In this document: positions 13,899-26,122 of the stretch, piece after piece
How positions within the stretch are numbered: position 1 is the stretch's first letter
How the letters are laid out: each line of letters opens with the position of its first letter
Assembly: GCA_051294375.1 (NCBI GenBank)
Contig: JBJCIZ010000028.1
Span: 806,437 to 870,436, forward strand
DNA from: Paraspadella gotoi
Lineage: Eukaryota; Animalia; Chaetognatha
Reading direction: 5' to 3'
Length of the DNA stretch: 64,000 nucleotides
Position numbers and translations under genes: made by a program
The notes under the pieces: generated by a model
The model's database searches: none
Seen by the model: the letters and a program-made list of their open reading frames with translations, nothing else
Told to the model about the DNA's origin: nothing

Positions 13899-14610
13899 GA
13901 GAGAAGCTTGTTTCTCTCTTTACCTCTCTCCTCTCTGTCTCTCGTTTATTCATTTTTCGCCGTTTCTAAATCCAGAACTTCCCTTTGTTTATTCCCCTAC
14001 CTTCTCCCCCTACCTTCTCCCTTGCCGTCCATCTCCCCCCTCTCTCCCCCCAACCCTCTACCCCAAATTGCTTCAAGCAGCCCTCTGAAGCCGTACGCGC
14101 CGCGCAACAGGCACCCCTGCGCATGGGCGTACAAGCCCAGGACTTCCGTGGCTTCGTATCGCGAGACCTCACAACGGCGTGGCGCACAACAGTCTGTATG
14201 TACACATGTTACATTTCTCGCATTGTATTCTCGCATCGGGACTCATTTCTTGTTTTCATTCCCGACAGTTAAGAATAAACATTAAACAAGTTCGACATAA
14301 TCATAATCTAGTCAAAAAAACGAGTAAAACCTATTTAATTATAATATTTCCGAATAAAAGTGGGACGACAAACAAAGTCCTTTCTTTCCGATGCATCGTT
14401 CACTGAGGATTTTTTGCGGCTCACTATCGCCGCGCGTTTTACAAATCGGGTGAGTTTCTCTCCGAAAAAATCACCCGAGACGAAAAGTGACTTTTGAATG
14501 CCTTTCCCCTTTCCCAGCCCTCGAGTTTCGCAACCAGCTTGAAAACCGTTTCACGCGTTAGGCAGTCACGCGATCGTGCCTAGCTCTTCGACGACTCACG
14601 TTCTCACAAA

Positions 14611-17600
14611 ATGGCGAAGATCATCGCCGGCACGGGTGTCTTGGTCGACCCCAACTCTTGGGAGTTGACCATCTTCGTGACCGACCTTCAGGTCGAACAT
14701 ACGCTTCGAGTTTACGGTAAGAAACCTTCTCAACTGGTTGAAGCGAGTTGACTGAAAAGATTAGGTTATTAATTAAATTAAATTAATTAAATTTAAATAA
14801 AATTTCCTGACCAAAATTTCTTCAACCTTGATTTTTTTTAGGCGACCTCCACATGGGAGGCGTGATGCTGAAGCTCGTCGAGGCGCTGGACATCGCGATG
14901 GACTGGAGCGACCACGCGCTGTTCTGGCCCGAGCGAAACCTTTGGCTCTCCAGAACTAGGTTCGCCGCTTCGTTATTCATCGTCTAACTTTTAACAATAT
15001 ACAGACAATGTCATACATACATACATAAATTTATTCTCTCCTCAGGTCGACGCTCGACCAGTACGGAGTTCAGGCCGACGCCAAATTAATCTTTACCCCG
15101 ATGCACAAGAAAGTTCGAGTCCAACTTCCCGATTTACAGGTTTTTTTTGAACCTACAATATTAGAATATAAAAATAAATATAAAATATTAAATATAGCAG
15201 GGACCTGCTATGTCATTATCTTGTAAGAGTGATGGAGGCCTTAAACCACCAAAGCCTGTCAAGAGTCAGGGGCAAGATAACTTATTTATTAAATGAATGG
15301 ATAATTTTTATATTGGTTTTACCAATTTCATAATCATAATAATAATATATTTTCATCGAGAGTGACTCGTGTGATATTCACGGAAAAGACTCGTGACGTG
15401 AGATTCTCTCTCCCGTAGATCCTGGAGTGTCGCATCGACTTCAGCTGCCAAGTCTTCAAAGCCGTCGTCAACTTGTGCAAGGATCTGGGAATCAGACATC
15501 CGGAAGAGCTCAGCTTTTTGAAAAAGGTTCGTCGAAGAATGAATAGGACTCGCCTCATCCTTTAATTAGAGTTGTTAAGCGTGAACCAACGACCAAAGTG
15601 ACCAAACACTCATCCCTCATCCTTCATCTTTCATCCCTCATCCTTCAAAAAAAGGTCCCCATGATAAATCAACACCCCCACCAACAACCGCCCTCCTCGA
15701 CGGGCGGGAAGTCCAAGGGCGGGAAGGGAACGCCGTCGAGATCCGTCGACGGGTCGTTCGACTTTTCCAATCCCGAAGCGCAATTCACCTCATCGCCTTA
15801 CAAGTAAAAATTTAAGAATTTAAACAGATTTTCGTAATAAATAATATAACATACTTATATACTTATTTCCCCTTCCTCGCCAAATATCGCAGTTCCCCCA
15901 GATCCCCCCACCATCCCCCCAAGTCGCCGAACCTTCAGGGGACGCTGCGACCCCCGGGCACGCCCTCCACGCCGGGCGGATACTCCTTCAGCAACCCCAA
16001 CTCCCCCTACTCGCCGGTCATCCTGTCTTCGGGCAGCACGCCCAGGACCCCCAAGGATTCAGTCAACGGGAGTTTGCCCCGACTGGCGGACGGAACCACG
16101 TCCCTGTCCCACTCGCCGTCCACGCCCACCAAGGAAGCGTTCAACTCGATCCAGCGTCCGAGAAACGTCATCGACCGTGCCAGATTTAACGCTGGTAAAT
16201 ATATGAGACAGGATTAATCAAGAATTAACAGGAGTTTACCTAGGGATTAACGGAGAATAAGCAGGGGAATAATCTAAAGGAGGATTAACCGAGCGTACCG
16301 ACGATGTATCAGTTCTAAATTACTCCTTTTAAGGTTGGTTAAACTCCTCGAAATCTTTGATGGAGCAGCGGGTGACGGAGGAAGACTTGCTCCTACTGAG
16401 ATACAAATTCTTCGCTTTTTACGATTTGAATCCCAAGTACGACGCCGTGAGGATCAATCAAATATTCGAGCAGGTGGGCACGGGACCGATGAGCCCGGAT
16501 TAAACGTTGTCTTTGAGATATATTAAGCTCGTTAATTTTAAAGGCCAAATGGAGTCTTCTTTCGGAGGAAATCGACTGCACCGAGGAAGAGGCGGTCATG
16601 TTCGCCGCGTTGCAGGTGTGCACCGCACTGTGCAGGATTGGATCTTTTAACGATTTAGTCAATTAATTAGTTTATGAATTAATGTTTTTTTTTTTTTTGG
16701 TTCCCCCGCCCCTCCTCCCCAGCTGCAAATCCAGCTCCACGGGTCGGTGCAGAACAACTTCCTCGACGGAGCCTCCAATTCCGACGACGACGACATCGAC
16801 GCCGCCCTCAACAACCTGCAAGTAGGATTTTTTCCAATTTGTTCACTTTTCTTTCTAAAGTCTTTTTTTTTTGAAGATTCCTTAGATAAAGTCCCCACTT
16901 TCTATGTATAATTTCACTCCCTTAACCCCCTTAGGTGTCCCTCGAAGGTTCGGCGCTGTCCAACGCCAGCGACATCACCTCCATTCCCGAACTCAGCGAA
17001 TATCTCAAGTATTTAAAACCCAAAAAGTTCGGCCTAAAAACCTACAAGAAGGCTTTCTTCGTTTTCAAGGTTAATCCTCGGGATTTTTCGAAGCTGCTCT
17101 TCTTCGTAACGTGTTTTTATTGTCGTTTTAGATTTATTTATTGTGGTTTTTTTTTACTTTTCACAGGATTTATTTTTGTCCGCCTTCAAATCTCAAGACG
17201 ACGTCAACACTAACCCCGTTTTTCGCGCCAACTTGCGAGGATGCGAAGCGACGCCCGACGTCACGATATCGCAGGTTTTTTTTTTTCTACGTGGAACGAT
17301 AGACGTTTTAGAACTTTCGTCACCCTTACCTTTTTTCTTTTCCTTTTATTTTCATTTCTTATCCTTTTCTCTTCCCCCCCCCTTTTTTTTTCAGTACTTT
17401 TCCTTTCTTTTTCCCTCTCCGTATACTTTGCTGTCCAAATCCCTTAGCAAACCTTGCAAACCGGGCGGGTAATATTTTTCCTTCCAAATTAACGCGAACG
17501 CCATCTCCGCATCCGCAGGGGAAGTACCACATCAAACTCTTTGTCCCTGGAAGCGAAGGAGGCGACGCCTTCGAAGAGATCGTCGTTAAATGCGACACGG

Positions 17601-19629
17601 AGCTGCAGTACGCCCAGTGGATGGCCGCCTTCCGTCTCGCTTCCAAAGGTACGGGGGGATAATTCCCTCGTACGATGCTGCATTTGACTCTATTTGTTCT
17701 TTTTGTTCTTGTTCTTGTTCTTTTTGTTCTTTTTGTTCTATTCGTTCTTTATCCCACTCTATTTGTTCTTTATCCCACTATTTGTTCTTTATCCCACTCT
17801 ATTTGTTCTTTATCCCACTCTATTTGTTCTTTATCCCACTCTATTCGTTCTTTATCCCACTTCCCTCGATCCGCAGGCAAAACGATGGCCGACGCGACCT
17901 ACCGAAGTGCAGTCGATCAAAAACTTTCCTCTCCATGCAGCACCCGCCACCGGCGCCTCCCCTCTTTCGGATCCGGTGAGAAAGGGCGGGAAACTGAGGA
18001 GGATTCGTACGACGGAGTTTTCTCTCGGAATTATCAGTCTTTAAAACATCATTTGTATATTGTAGCTGCGTTGAGTTCCAATTTTTTTTTTGTCGACAAT
18101 TTTTGTCTAATAATTTTTTTTGGGGCTGTTAATCGAAACTAAAGTAAATGTAAAACATGTAAAACAAGTATTATTAGAAATAAATTTTTGTCAGTAGAAC
18201 TGGTCGCCAATCGTATGAGCTACTTAACAAATGCTCGTTTGTATTTTAACTATTTTTTCCTGCCTAACGAGAAATCTAAAAATAGTTCTAATTTCATTGT
18301 TTTACTGCCGTGATACTTAAAGAAACCTTGATACCCTCGTAATAGAGGCAAGTTAATTAATCATTTTACGTTGCGAAATAAAAAAAATTCTCTCAATGTT
18401 TAAAATTATAAAAACTAGTAAACAAATAAATAAATAAAAATAAAATAATATCAGGCGGAAGCGGCAACGTGGATTCCTCCCTCCTCAACGAGATTCGCCC
18501 CGAAGACTTCATCCCCTACAAACATTTCAAGAAGCACAAACCCAAAGCCATTTCCGGTCGCATCTGCGAGGCCCACGCCAACGTCTGCCACCTTGCCGTC
18601 CTAGAGGCCAAACTCAAATACATTCAGGCAAGAATCTGAATGCCTTCAAATTTTTAATCACCGAGACGCTTCGTGTGGCCAGTGGCTAATATTTGGCCTT
18701 TTCCGTGATTTGTATCTCATGAATTGGTACAACCAATATAAAAATTATCCATTCATTTAATAAAAACTATCTTGCCCCTGACGTTGGACAGGCTTTTGCG
18801 GTTTCAGACCTCCATCGCTCTTACAAGTTAATGACATTGCAGGTCCCTGCAAGATTTCAGTCAAGACTCTCTCAGTCTCGTTTATTCACTCCCAGAGTAC
18901 CTGGCTTCCCTATCAATGAAGTGGTATAATATTTCAAAAAATGTTATTCTTTCCCTCTTGTTTTTCGTTAGGCGTGGCAGACGCTTCCCGAGTTCGGCAT
19001 TACTCCCTTCGTCGTTCGCTTCACTTCGCCTCCATCCAAGAAGGACGAGCTCCTCGGCATCGCGCCCAATAGAATCATGCAGGTGCTTTATTATTAATTA
19101 ATACTTATTTTTAATTTTATTATTTTATTGTACCCCGTTATAACTGTTTTTGCAGATGGACTTGCACACGGGCGAGACGATCAAGACCGTGCGCTTCTCC
19201 AGCATGAAATCATGGAGCGTCAATTGGGAGGCGAGTTCGGGGGATAAAGTTTGGTTGCCGTCAATTTTTTCATTTCGTTGTCTCCCTTATTGTTGATCAG
19301 ATGCTACCAGCAATAATTAATTTGGTGCTAAAATGTTTTTACTCAATATGCATTTAAATTAAATAAGTTTTCAATGACACTATTTGCTGCAATATGCAAA
19401 TGAGAATAACTTACATATTTCGTATAAAAGCTCATCTCATTACACAAAGGTGAAAGAAGTCCAGATCGACAAGGACGACGGGTGCACCAAGTTCCAGTGT
19501 CTCTCCTCCGACCCCAAAGTCGTGCACGAGTTCATCGGCGGCTACATCTTCCTCTCGATGAGATCGAAGGAGCAGAACGAGACGCTCAACGAGGAGCTCT
19601 TCCATCGACTCACGGGCGGTTGGGCCTGA
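14611..19629 (+). CDS. FERMT: Kindlin / fermitin family integrin co-activator, 17 coding exons plus a likely 5'UTR intron (14450-14517)
   Basis: Motifs [122 protein letters not shown] and [12 protein letters not shown] donors at 18628 and 19231. Indels in the exon at about 17877-17975. Confidence 0.95.
17690..17862 (+). repeat. 21-bp minisatellite (CTCTATTTGTTCTTTATCCCA)n in a kindlin intron
   Basis: About 6 tandem units, preceded by TTTGTTCT repeats. Confidence 0.9.
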
Positions 19630-21848
19630 AGGAGAGAGAGAGAGAGAGACGCTGGAATGCGGCGTGGCTGCTGCGGTTGGCGGAGGAACTCGAAGACATA
19701 GTTCAATTTGACGACGGCGAAGAAAAAAAGCAACGTCGTCCGCCGAAAGGGTCGAGTTGAGACGATGACTTTTTAATTTGGGGGAAAAAAGCAACGGATT
19801 CTTTCGAATCTTTTCCTAAACGAAACGAGATCGATCTTTCGAGATCGCAAATTCGTCGCGCCGCCTTTTTTCTTTATCTTATTCAGTACCATTTTTTGCG
19901 ATTTGCAATTATATTTTCTTTTGATAAAACAAAAATTAATATTTTCGCTACGCTTTTTACCCATGAGATTTTAGCGGATTTTGTCTCTTTTTTTTTTACA
20001 TAAAGTTTTTTTCGGGTTCAACGTTTCTTCGCGAATAGTTTTTTTTTACGTCAATCCGGTGATAAAAATAATCGCATTCAATCCGAAAGCAAAAATAAAT
20101 AAATCAGATATTTAATTCCCAATATCTTTGCGGCCAAAATAATGAATATCTTTGTGGCCAAATTTTTTTTTTTTTTTGGTCACCGAATTTTATCTACAGG
20201 TTCATTATTTTATTATTTGCCTAAGCTATGGCTCTGCCTTGATTTTTTTTCCTTGCATCGTTGGTTTAAAAAAGATGCGTTTTGTGCCTTAATAAAAATC
20301 TTATTAGCTTTTGTAATCGAGAGATAGCTGCAGAGTGAGAGTAAATAGTATAGGTCTACTCCGTCTTAAGAAAGATTTACTTTATATGAAATGATATGCG
20401 TTGACAAAAATTTGTTTACCTCTATTTTACTCTATGAAAAAAGTTAAGAAACCCTTAAACGAGAAACCATTTAGTCTAATTTGGGTTACGAGCTCCGTAT
20501 GAAATGAAGACCCAACAATTATGCTTGTAGCTTCCTCATATATTTTAATCGCGTGTGTATTAGTTTATTCTTGTAAATAAGGGACTTTTTTTATCAATTA
20601 GGTTGAAATAACTTTTTTTTGCAACCTAAAAACGGATACTAGTCCCGATTTTGAACTTGTCAGTTTTGCTTAATTGCCGTGATTTCCCCCCCCCCCAAGT
20701 CCCCGTAAATTGAATAATAATTTATAATTCTCTGACGATGAATTGCAGATTTTTAAAAATATTTTTTATTTAACAAAAAAATATTCGGTAATCTCCTGTC
20801 ATCCAAGTCTTTAGACGAACTACTACAATTCGTTTATTGCGCCAAGTTTTATTCTATTAATCTCCCCCCCCCCTTCCTACATTATGAGCCTTTCTCCGTT
20901 CGTTGCCGGTCGTAGGATAGAAAGGAAAAAAAAACAACCAAATTCTTAATACTTCTTCGCCCTTGTGATTCTTTTTTTTAATTGCGACTCAAACGAAACT
21001 TATTACCCATTAATTTTTTTTTTCTTCCGTGTACGTTATTTCCCCTTTCACTTACCCTGTTCCTTACCCTTTTCCGTTTTTTAACTTACCCAAGTAGCGC
21101 AGCGCATGAATCGTGTACTCTAATTTTATTACGTTTTTGTTTCCCAAAAAACAACAAAAAATTAGGGCCTTGGAGTGAGAAAGTGAGAAACATCAAACTA
21201 TGTATGTAGACGAAAAAAAAAACTCCGGGAGAAACATTGAAAAAAAAATCCTTCTCAGGAAATCTCTTTTTTTAAAAAAAAAACTCTAAACAATCAAAAA
21301 ACTTAGGAGGAAATAATCTTCCTTCCGCTACGAAGAAAAACTTTTCCCCCAAAGAGAACAACCACAACTGCAAAAATGTGCGTGGACGCGTTTTGCACAT
21401 TCGTTTTTCCCATAGTTTCGCTCGTGTTCAGTCTCTTTAATCTCATCACCGACTGGATGTCCTTTTTTCAGGTATTGACAGCTTCAGCGTTCGTATTCCA
21501 TGGTCTGAATATGCATAGCAAATAAAATAAATTGAAAATAATCAATTTGATTTAAAACTGATTATAACTGAAAAAAAAACTTGAATAAGAATCCAGTTGA
21601 ACGAACTAAAATTGTATTAATATTTAAATTAAAACCAATTTTAAAAAAGTTACCTTTTTGAACAGCCATTCAAAAAAAAACCCTAACCATAAATCACGAG
21701 TGTTTGATAAAAAGTAAAAATGATTACAAAACTAATTGGAAATCGAAATCCAGACACACACACACTGCTTCTCCGGCGTTTTGTTTCAACCAAAAATCTG
21801 TTCCAAATTCTACAAGAAGATTGTGGACGCTCCTTTGTCATCGTATTT

Positions 21849-24541
21849 TTAAGTCAGACCAGAGATCAACATCGCCTCTCTTAGAAGGTCCCCTTGATGC
21901 GCGCCGCCGACAGCGCCGTTGCCATCGCCTTTGAACCGATAATCCATCCCCGTTTTGGATTTGTCGCTCGAGACCGCCATCGGGATGATAGGCGCCGCGT
22001 CGACGCCGACGTTGTGAAAGGCGGCGACCGGCGCTGGAGTCGACATTCTGAACGGCGCCGGATGAAATACTTTCAATTCTGTCATCGCTTTGACCGGAGG
22101 AAGCGCCGCCTCCGAACGCGGCGCCGTATCAGCTTTAAAACGAAACCCCGACGGCACCGCTCGAACGAATTCCGTCAGCCGCTGCTGCGACGCCTCAAGC
22201 GTAGCTCTGGCGCGAAAACTCTCGAGCGTTCGGGACCCGACGAGCGCCGCTCCGCTCTGTCGACAACTCGGTCGTCCCGGCGGCTTGCGATAGACTTTGC
22301 CGAAAGGGGTCTTGTGAGGGCTGGTTTTGGGAGTCCAGGGACAGTTGGCCGGCCACCATGTGATCATAGGTCCCTGATTTGTTTGTTTAAAAAAAAAAAA
22401 CCAACATGAAAGGTTATTGATTACTGACGTTCATCCCCCGGCTATTTTCTCACCTTGACTCCTCCTTTTCCGATGAGCTGAGTGTCGAAAAGATGCTTGA
22501 ACTTTAAGATCGGCGCCAGATTTTCCGGGCAGATGATTCCGCGTTCGATCTTCGCGTGGTACTCGGGCAATTCCATGGAGCGGAGGAGGCGGTTCCCGTT
22601 CAGTTGGCGAATGTTTTCCAGCTCCATTTGGACTGGGGATTTAGAGAGAAAGGAGGGGGGAATTGTGGTCTTTTAAACATTACAAGTTGGACAAACAAAG
22701 TTAAAAGAGTTACATATTGTCTACCATTTTCAAAATTAAATAATCTGAAGAGACAGTAATAATTGTTGTGTCAGTGACAGAACCGTTCAATATAAGCAGT
22801 TCCTGAGCTTCGGATCAGGCGGTAACACCGTGTTAAGGAGGGGTAAGCGCCCCGTCCCCCTTTACTGCAAGGCGACCACCGGGCTAGAACCCCGGACCTT
22901 TGGGTTAGGAGGCGAATGACTTGCCTCCGGCACCAAAGGCCACTGATGAACGGTTGGTGGATTTTAGTCCACCATAAATCTAGTTTAATCCCAATGATCC
23001 TCACAAACTGCCATAAGGCCTATGATAACGATTTATGGTCATTGATCATTTACAATACTATCTACAATCATTAATTTCAAATCTCACTTGTGAAAATCTT
23101 CTCGTGATTGAGCATCCACAAGTTCCCCTTCCTCGAATGCTCGTTGCGTCGTGGTTTCTCCAGTTTGACGAAGAATCTCGTTGTCGGTGACTTGTGAGAG
23201 ACGCAGTTGGAGGAGAGGTTGTGCCTGCAAATGGGTGGATGAGTTGGTGAGTTGTGTGCTAACGAAAAATGGTGAAATTAGCCGAATTAAAATGAAACGA
23301 ACACGACGAAGCTAATAATCACGATCAGGGTTGTTTTTTTTTGTTTTTTTTACGAAACTTTCAGCTGTTGAATGTAGAATAGTGTATCGTCTTTTAATTT
23401 GCCCATGTGCTGCACTTTTAAAGCAAAATCGCATACCTTGAAGCACCTCTAACAAGTTTAACAGAAAACACCAAATTTCTTTAACACATTTTTTTAGTTT
23501 CCTAGTTTTTTAACTAAAGTCTTTTCCTGAGAATGACCATCCTCAGCTGAAAAACCATCTTACATTTTTCCGATCTCACCTGATGGAATTCTTCCATTGG
23601 TCGTGACTTCGATAAAAAGGAAAGTTGTGTTCCACGAATTCGTAAATCTCGTGGACGGGGAGACACCCGTGAAGGCTGTTCTTGAGCGCGAGGGCGATGA
23701 GCAGCCCGAAGGGAACGGGCGGGCGCGGCGCGGGAGGCACCGTAGACCGAGTCGGCGCCTTCGTGGCAATCGGCAGTGGCGACGCCGAAGCCAAAATGAC
23801 GCCGGGCCCGGTAAGCCCCCTGGCCCGGGCGAAGAGATCGGAGGGCGCTGTAGTGGGTCGGGCATGCGCGACTGAAGCAGAGATCGGGCGAGGCCGCGAG
23901 GCTGCCAGCGGGATCCGTCCGGGTCGAACCAGTTGATCTTCATTCTCGTCTTCGGAAGAGTCGCTCAAAATCCTCGCGAAACCGTGAGGAGAGAAATCGA
24001 CGCTTCTACTTTCCGGTCTCGTCGGCGCCGGTCGGATCCACTTTCCGGGTGGCGGCGCCATTTGCGTCGGTGGTAGCGTCGTCGGATTAAGTATTGGCGC
24101 CCATCGCCGATGGTTCGGCTCCTGGGCGACGGGTTGGAAAACGATAGGCTGCTGTTCGTTCGCCCGCGGTTCCACTTTCCAGCTCGGCTGCGGCGGGTAC
24201 AGCTCCGCGGAAATTATCGGCCCGGACGACGTCACGGCGTAGTCGGCGGCGACCGGCAGTTGGTCTTGAAACAGCACTGGCTCATGTTTGGGTTCATCCG
24301 GTGACCGATACTGCGCCGAGACAAATTCTTCCAGCTCCGGCGAAGAGATCGAGATGCCGGAATCCGGTGTGGACGTGGATCGAATTGAATCGAAGCGGAG
24401 AAAGGGATGCGGATTCTCAAACGCAGAGTCGGTCTCGTTGTCGTCGTTGTTGTTGCCTTCGTCGATCGGTCCGAAAGAGTAATCGTCGTCCAGAAATCCG
24501 ATTTCCCTCAGCAGATCGAAACCCGCTTCGCCGAGCGACAT
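21849..24541 (-). CDS. FoxN1/4: Forkhead transcription factor, FoxN1/4 class, 4 coding exons
   Basis: Exons 24541-23580, 23224-23088, 22632-22454, 22373-21849. LIALALKNSLHGCLPVHEIYEFVEHNFPFY...WKNSIRHNLS...SRKGNLWMLN...QMELE...RSMELPE matches the FoxN1/4 forkhead domain and its downstream helix. An upstream acceptor at 24641 and donor near 25067 suggest a 5'UTR exon. Confidence 0.85.
22770..22945 (-). mobile_element. Probable tRNA-derived SINE inside FoxN intron 2
   Basis: The minus strand reads GGCCTTTGGTGCCGGAGGCAAGTCATTCGCCTCCTAACCCAAAGGTCCGGGGTTCTAGCCCGGTGGTC. This gives degenerate A and B boxes and a T-arm-like stem, followed by about 100 nt of body. It is a GC-rich island in an AT-rich intron. 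Confidence 0.5.
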
Positions 24542-26122
24542 CTCTCGGCGTCGTCGGTGGGCGCGGTCGGCGTCGTCGTCGTCGTTCGACCGAGATCTTT
24601 TTCCGGCGCCGATGAGCCGAGATTCGCACTTCTCTCGTCGCTGGAAATTTAGAGAGAACTCGGGATATTTTTGCCAAAAGTCGAAAAAAAAAATAATTCG
24701 GGGTTTTTTTCCCTCCGGCGCGTATCGGTAATTAAAGACGGTAGCGAATAATTTACCATCCAGTGTTACGGTTTAAACGAAGTATGTTGACAAATAAGAA
24801 AGCATGCCCTTCGCTGAGAAAATTATAGTATTTTGACGTAGGCGAGATTCGATTATCCTTTTTTTTTTAAATCTCTTATTTTTTTTAATTTCGATAATTG
24901 AATAGTTCACGGGGAATTAGTATTAATCGATGGTAAAGCGATTTTCAAAAAGTCTGAATATTACTTCATTGGGAGCTACGCTTTACGCGTCTTGTGTTGA
25001 AACTATCGAACGATAAAAACCTCGAGAGAAAAATTTGTAAATTTAACTTACAGTTAATGTAACTTACCGTTTCCGTTATCTCGCCGTTTTTATCTTCGCT
25101 TAATAATTCGTCCGGCAGATGAAAAGATTCGTCGCTCATCTTTTCTCCGATTTTTCTAACGCAAATTTTAAATCGTTAAATTTCAAATCGTTTCGTGTCG
25201 GGTCCTTTGGAGCAAGCGTCGTATCTGGCGAATGGCGACATTTCCTCCTTTTATCGTTGCTTTTTTTTCTTTTTTTACACATTTTTTATATTGGCCTTTC
25301 TCGTCTTCTTACATAGTCATGATTGAAGGAGAAAATCATTTTTTTCCTTTCTGGCGAATTTCTTAAGGTCGCGATCGAGGTCAAAATCGCCATTGGGTCA
25401 TCGTGACGTTTTCTTTTATATTCGTTTTATTTGGTCAATTTCTGCGCAAAAGGGCCTTTTGCGACTCACGCAGAATTAATTGAAGCGAAGGGGGTATTCG
25501 AAGTTTAATTTGCCACACCCATAAGCGGTTGTAAACTTGTCTGTTTAATCAAATACCTTAATTTACTTTTTGACAAAGATATATTCGTTTACTTCTCCCG
25601 TATTCGCTCTCGAAGATGTCGAGTACATTTTAACGTTTCAAAATATCTTTCATTCGAGCGAAGACGAGTCAAGACGAATCTTCCAGTCATTTTTTTACTG
25701 ACGAATTTTTCGCCCAATTTGTATGACCGGAAATTTAATGGGGGAAGGGCGAAATAAGAAGAGATTGACCGCTGAGCGTCAGCGTCTCTTAGAAACTAGG
25801 AATACCTTAAGAAAGGAAGAGAGTATATGCGTAAAAGACGTAATTCCATTTATATATTACCTAATCTCACAATATAAAAATAAGTATTCGAAATTGAAAT
25901 ATTTTTTTGCTAAATTTCGTCAATGTATTCGCCAAACATGCAAGGCAGGAAAGATATAAAAAATTATCAATGGAACTCGGAGAGTGTTGTTTGGCAGCAA
26001 ACGGCGATGAAAACAACGAACCAATTGTCATTCTTTTTTGTATTTTGTTTGTTTTTTTTTATCTCAATGAAAAAAAAAATTAATTTATACAAATAATAAA
26101 CCTCCCCCCCCTTGTATCCCAG

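Noticed and set aside
22942-22975. Hammerhead ribozyme suggested by CTGATGA
   Set aside because: No correctly placed GAAA or cleavage triplet with stems I-III could be built.
25616-25720. Possible first coding exon of the membrane-protein gene
   Set aside because: The ATG is followed by an in-frame TAA and would need one or two assumed indels, so it is unsupported.
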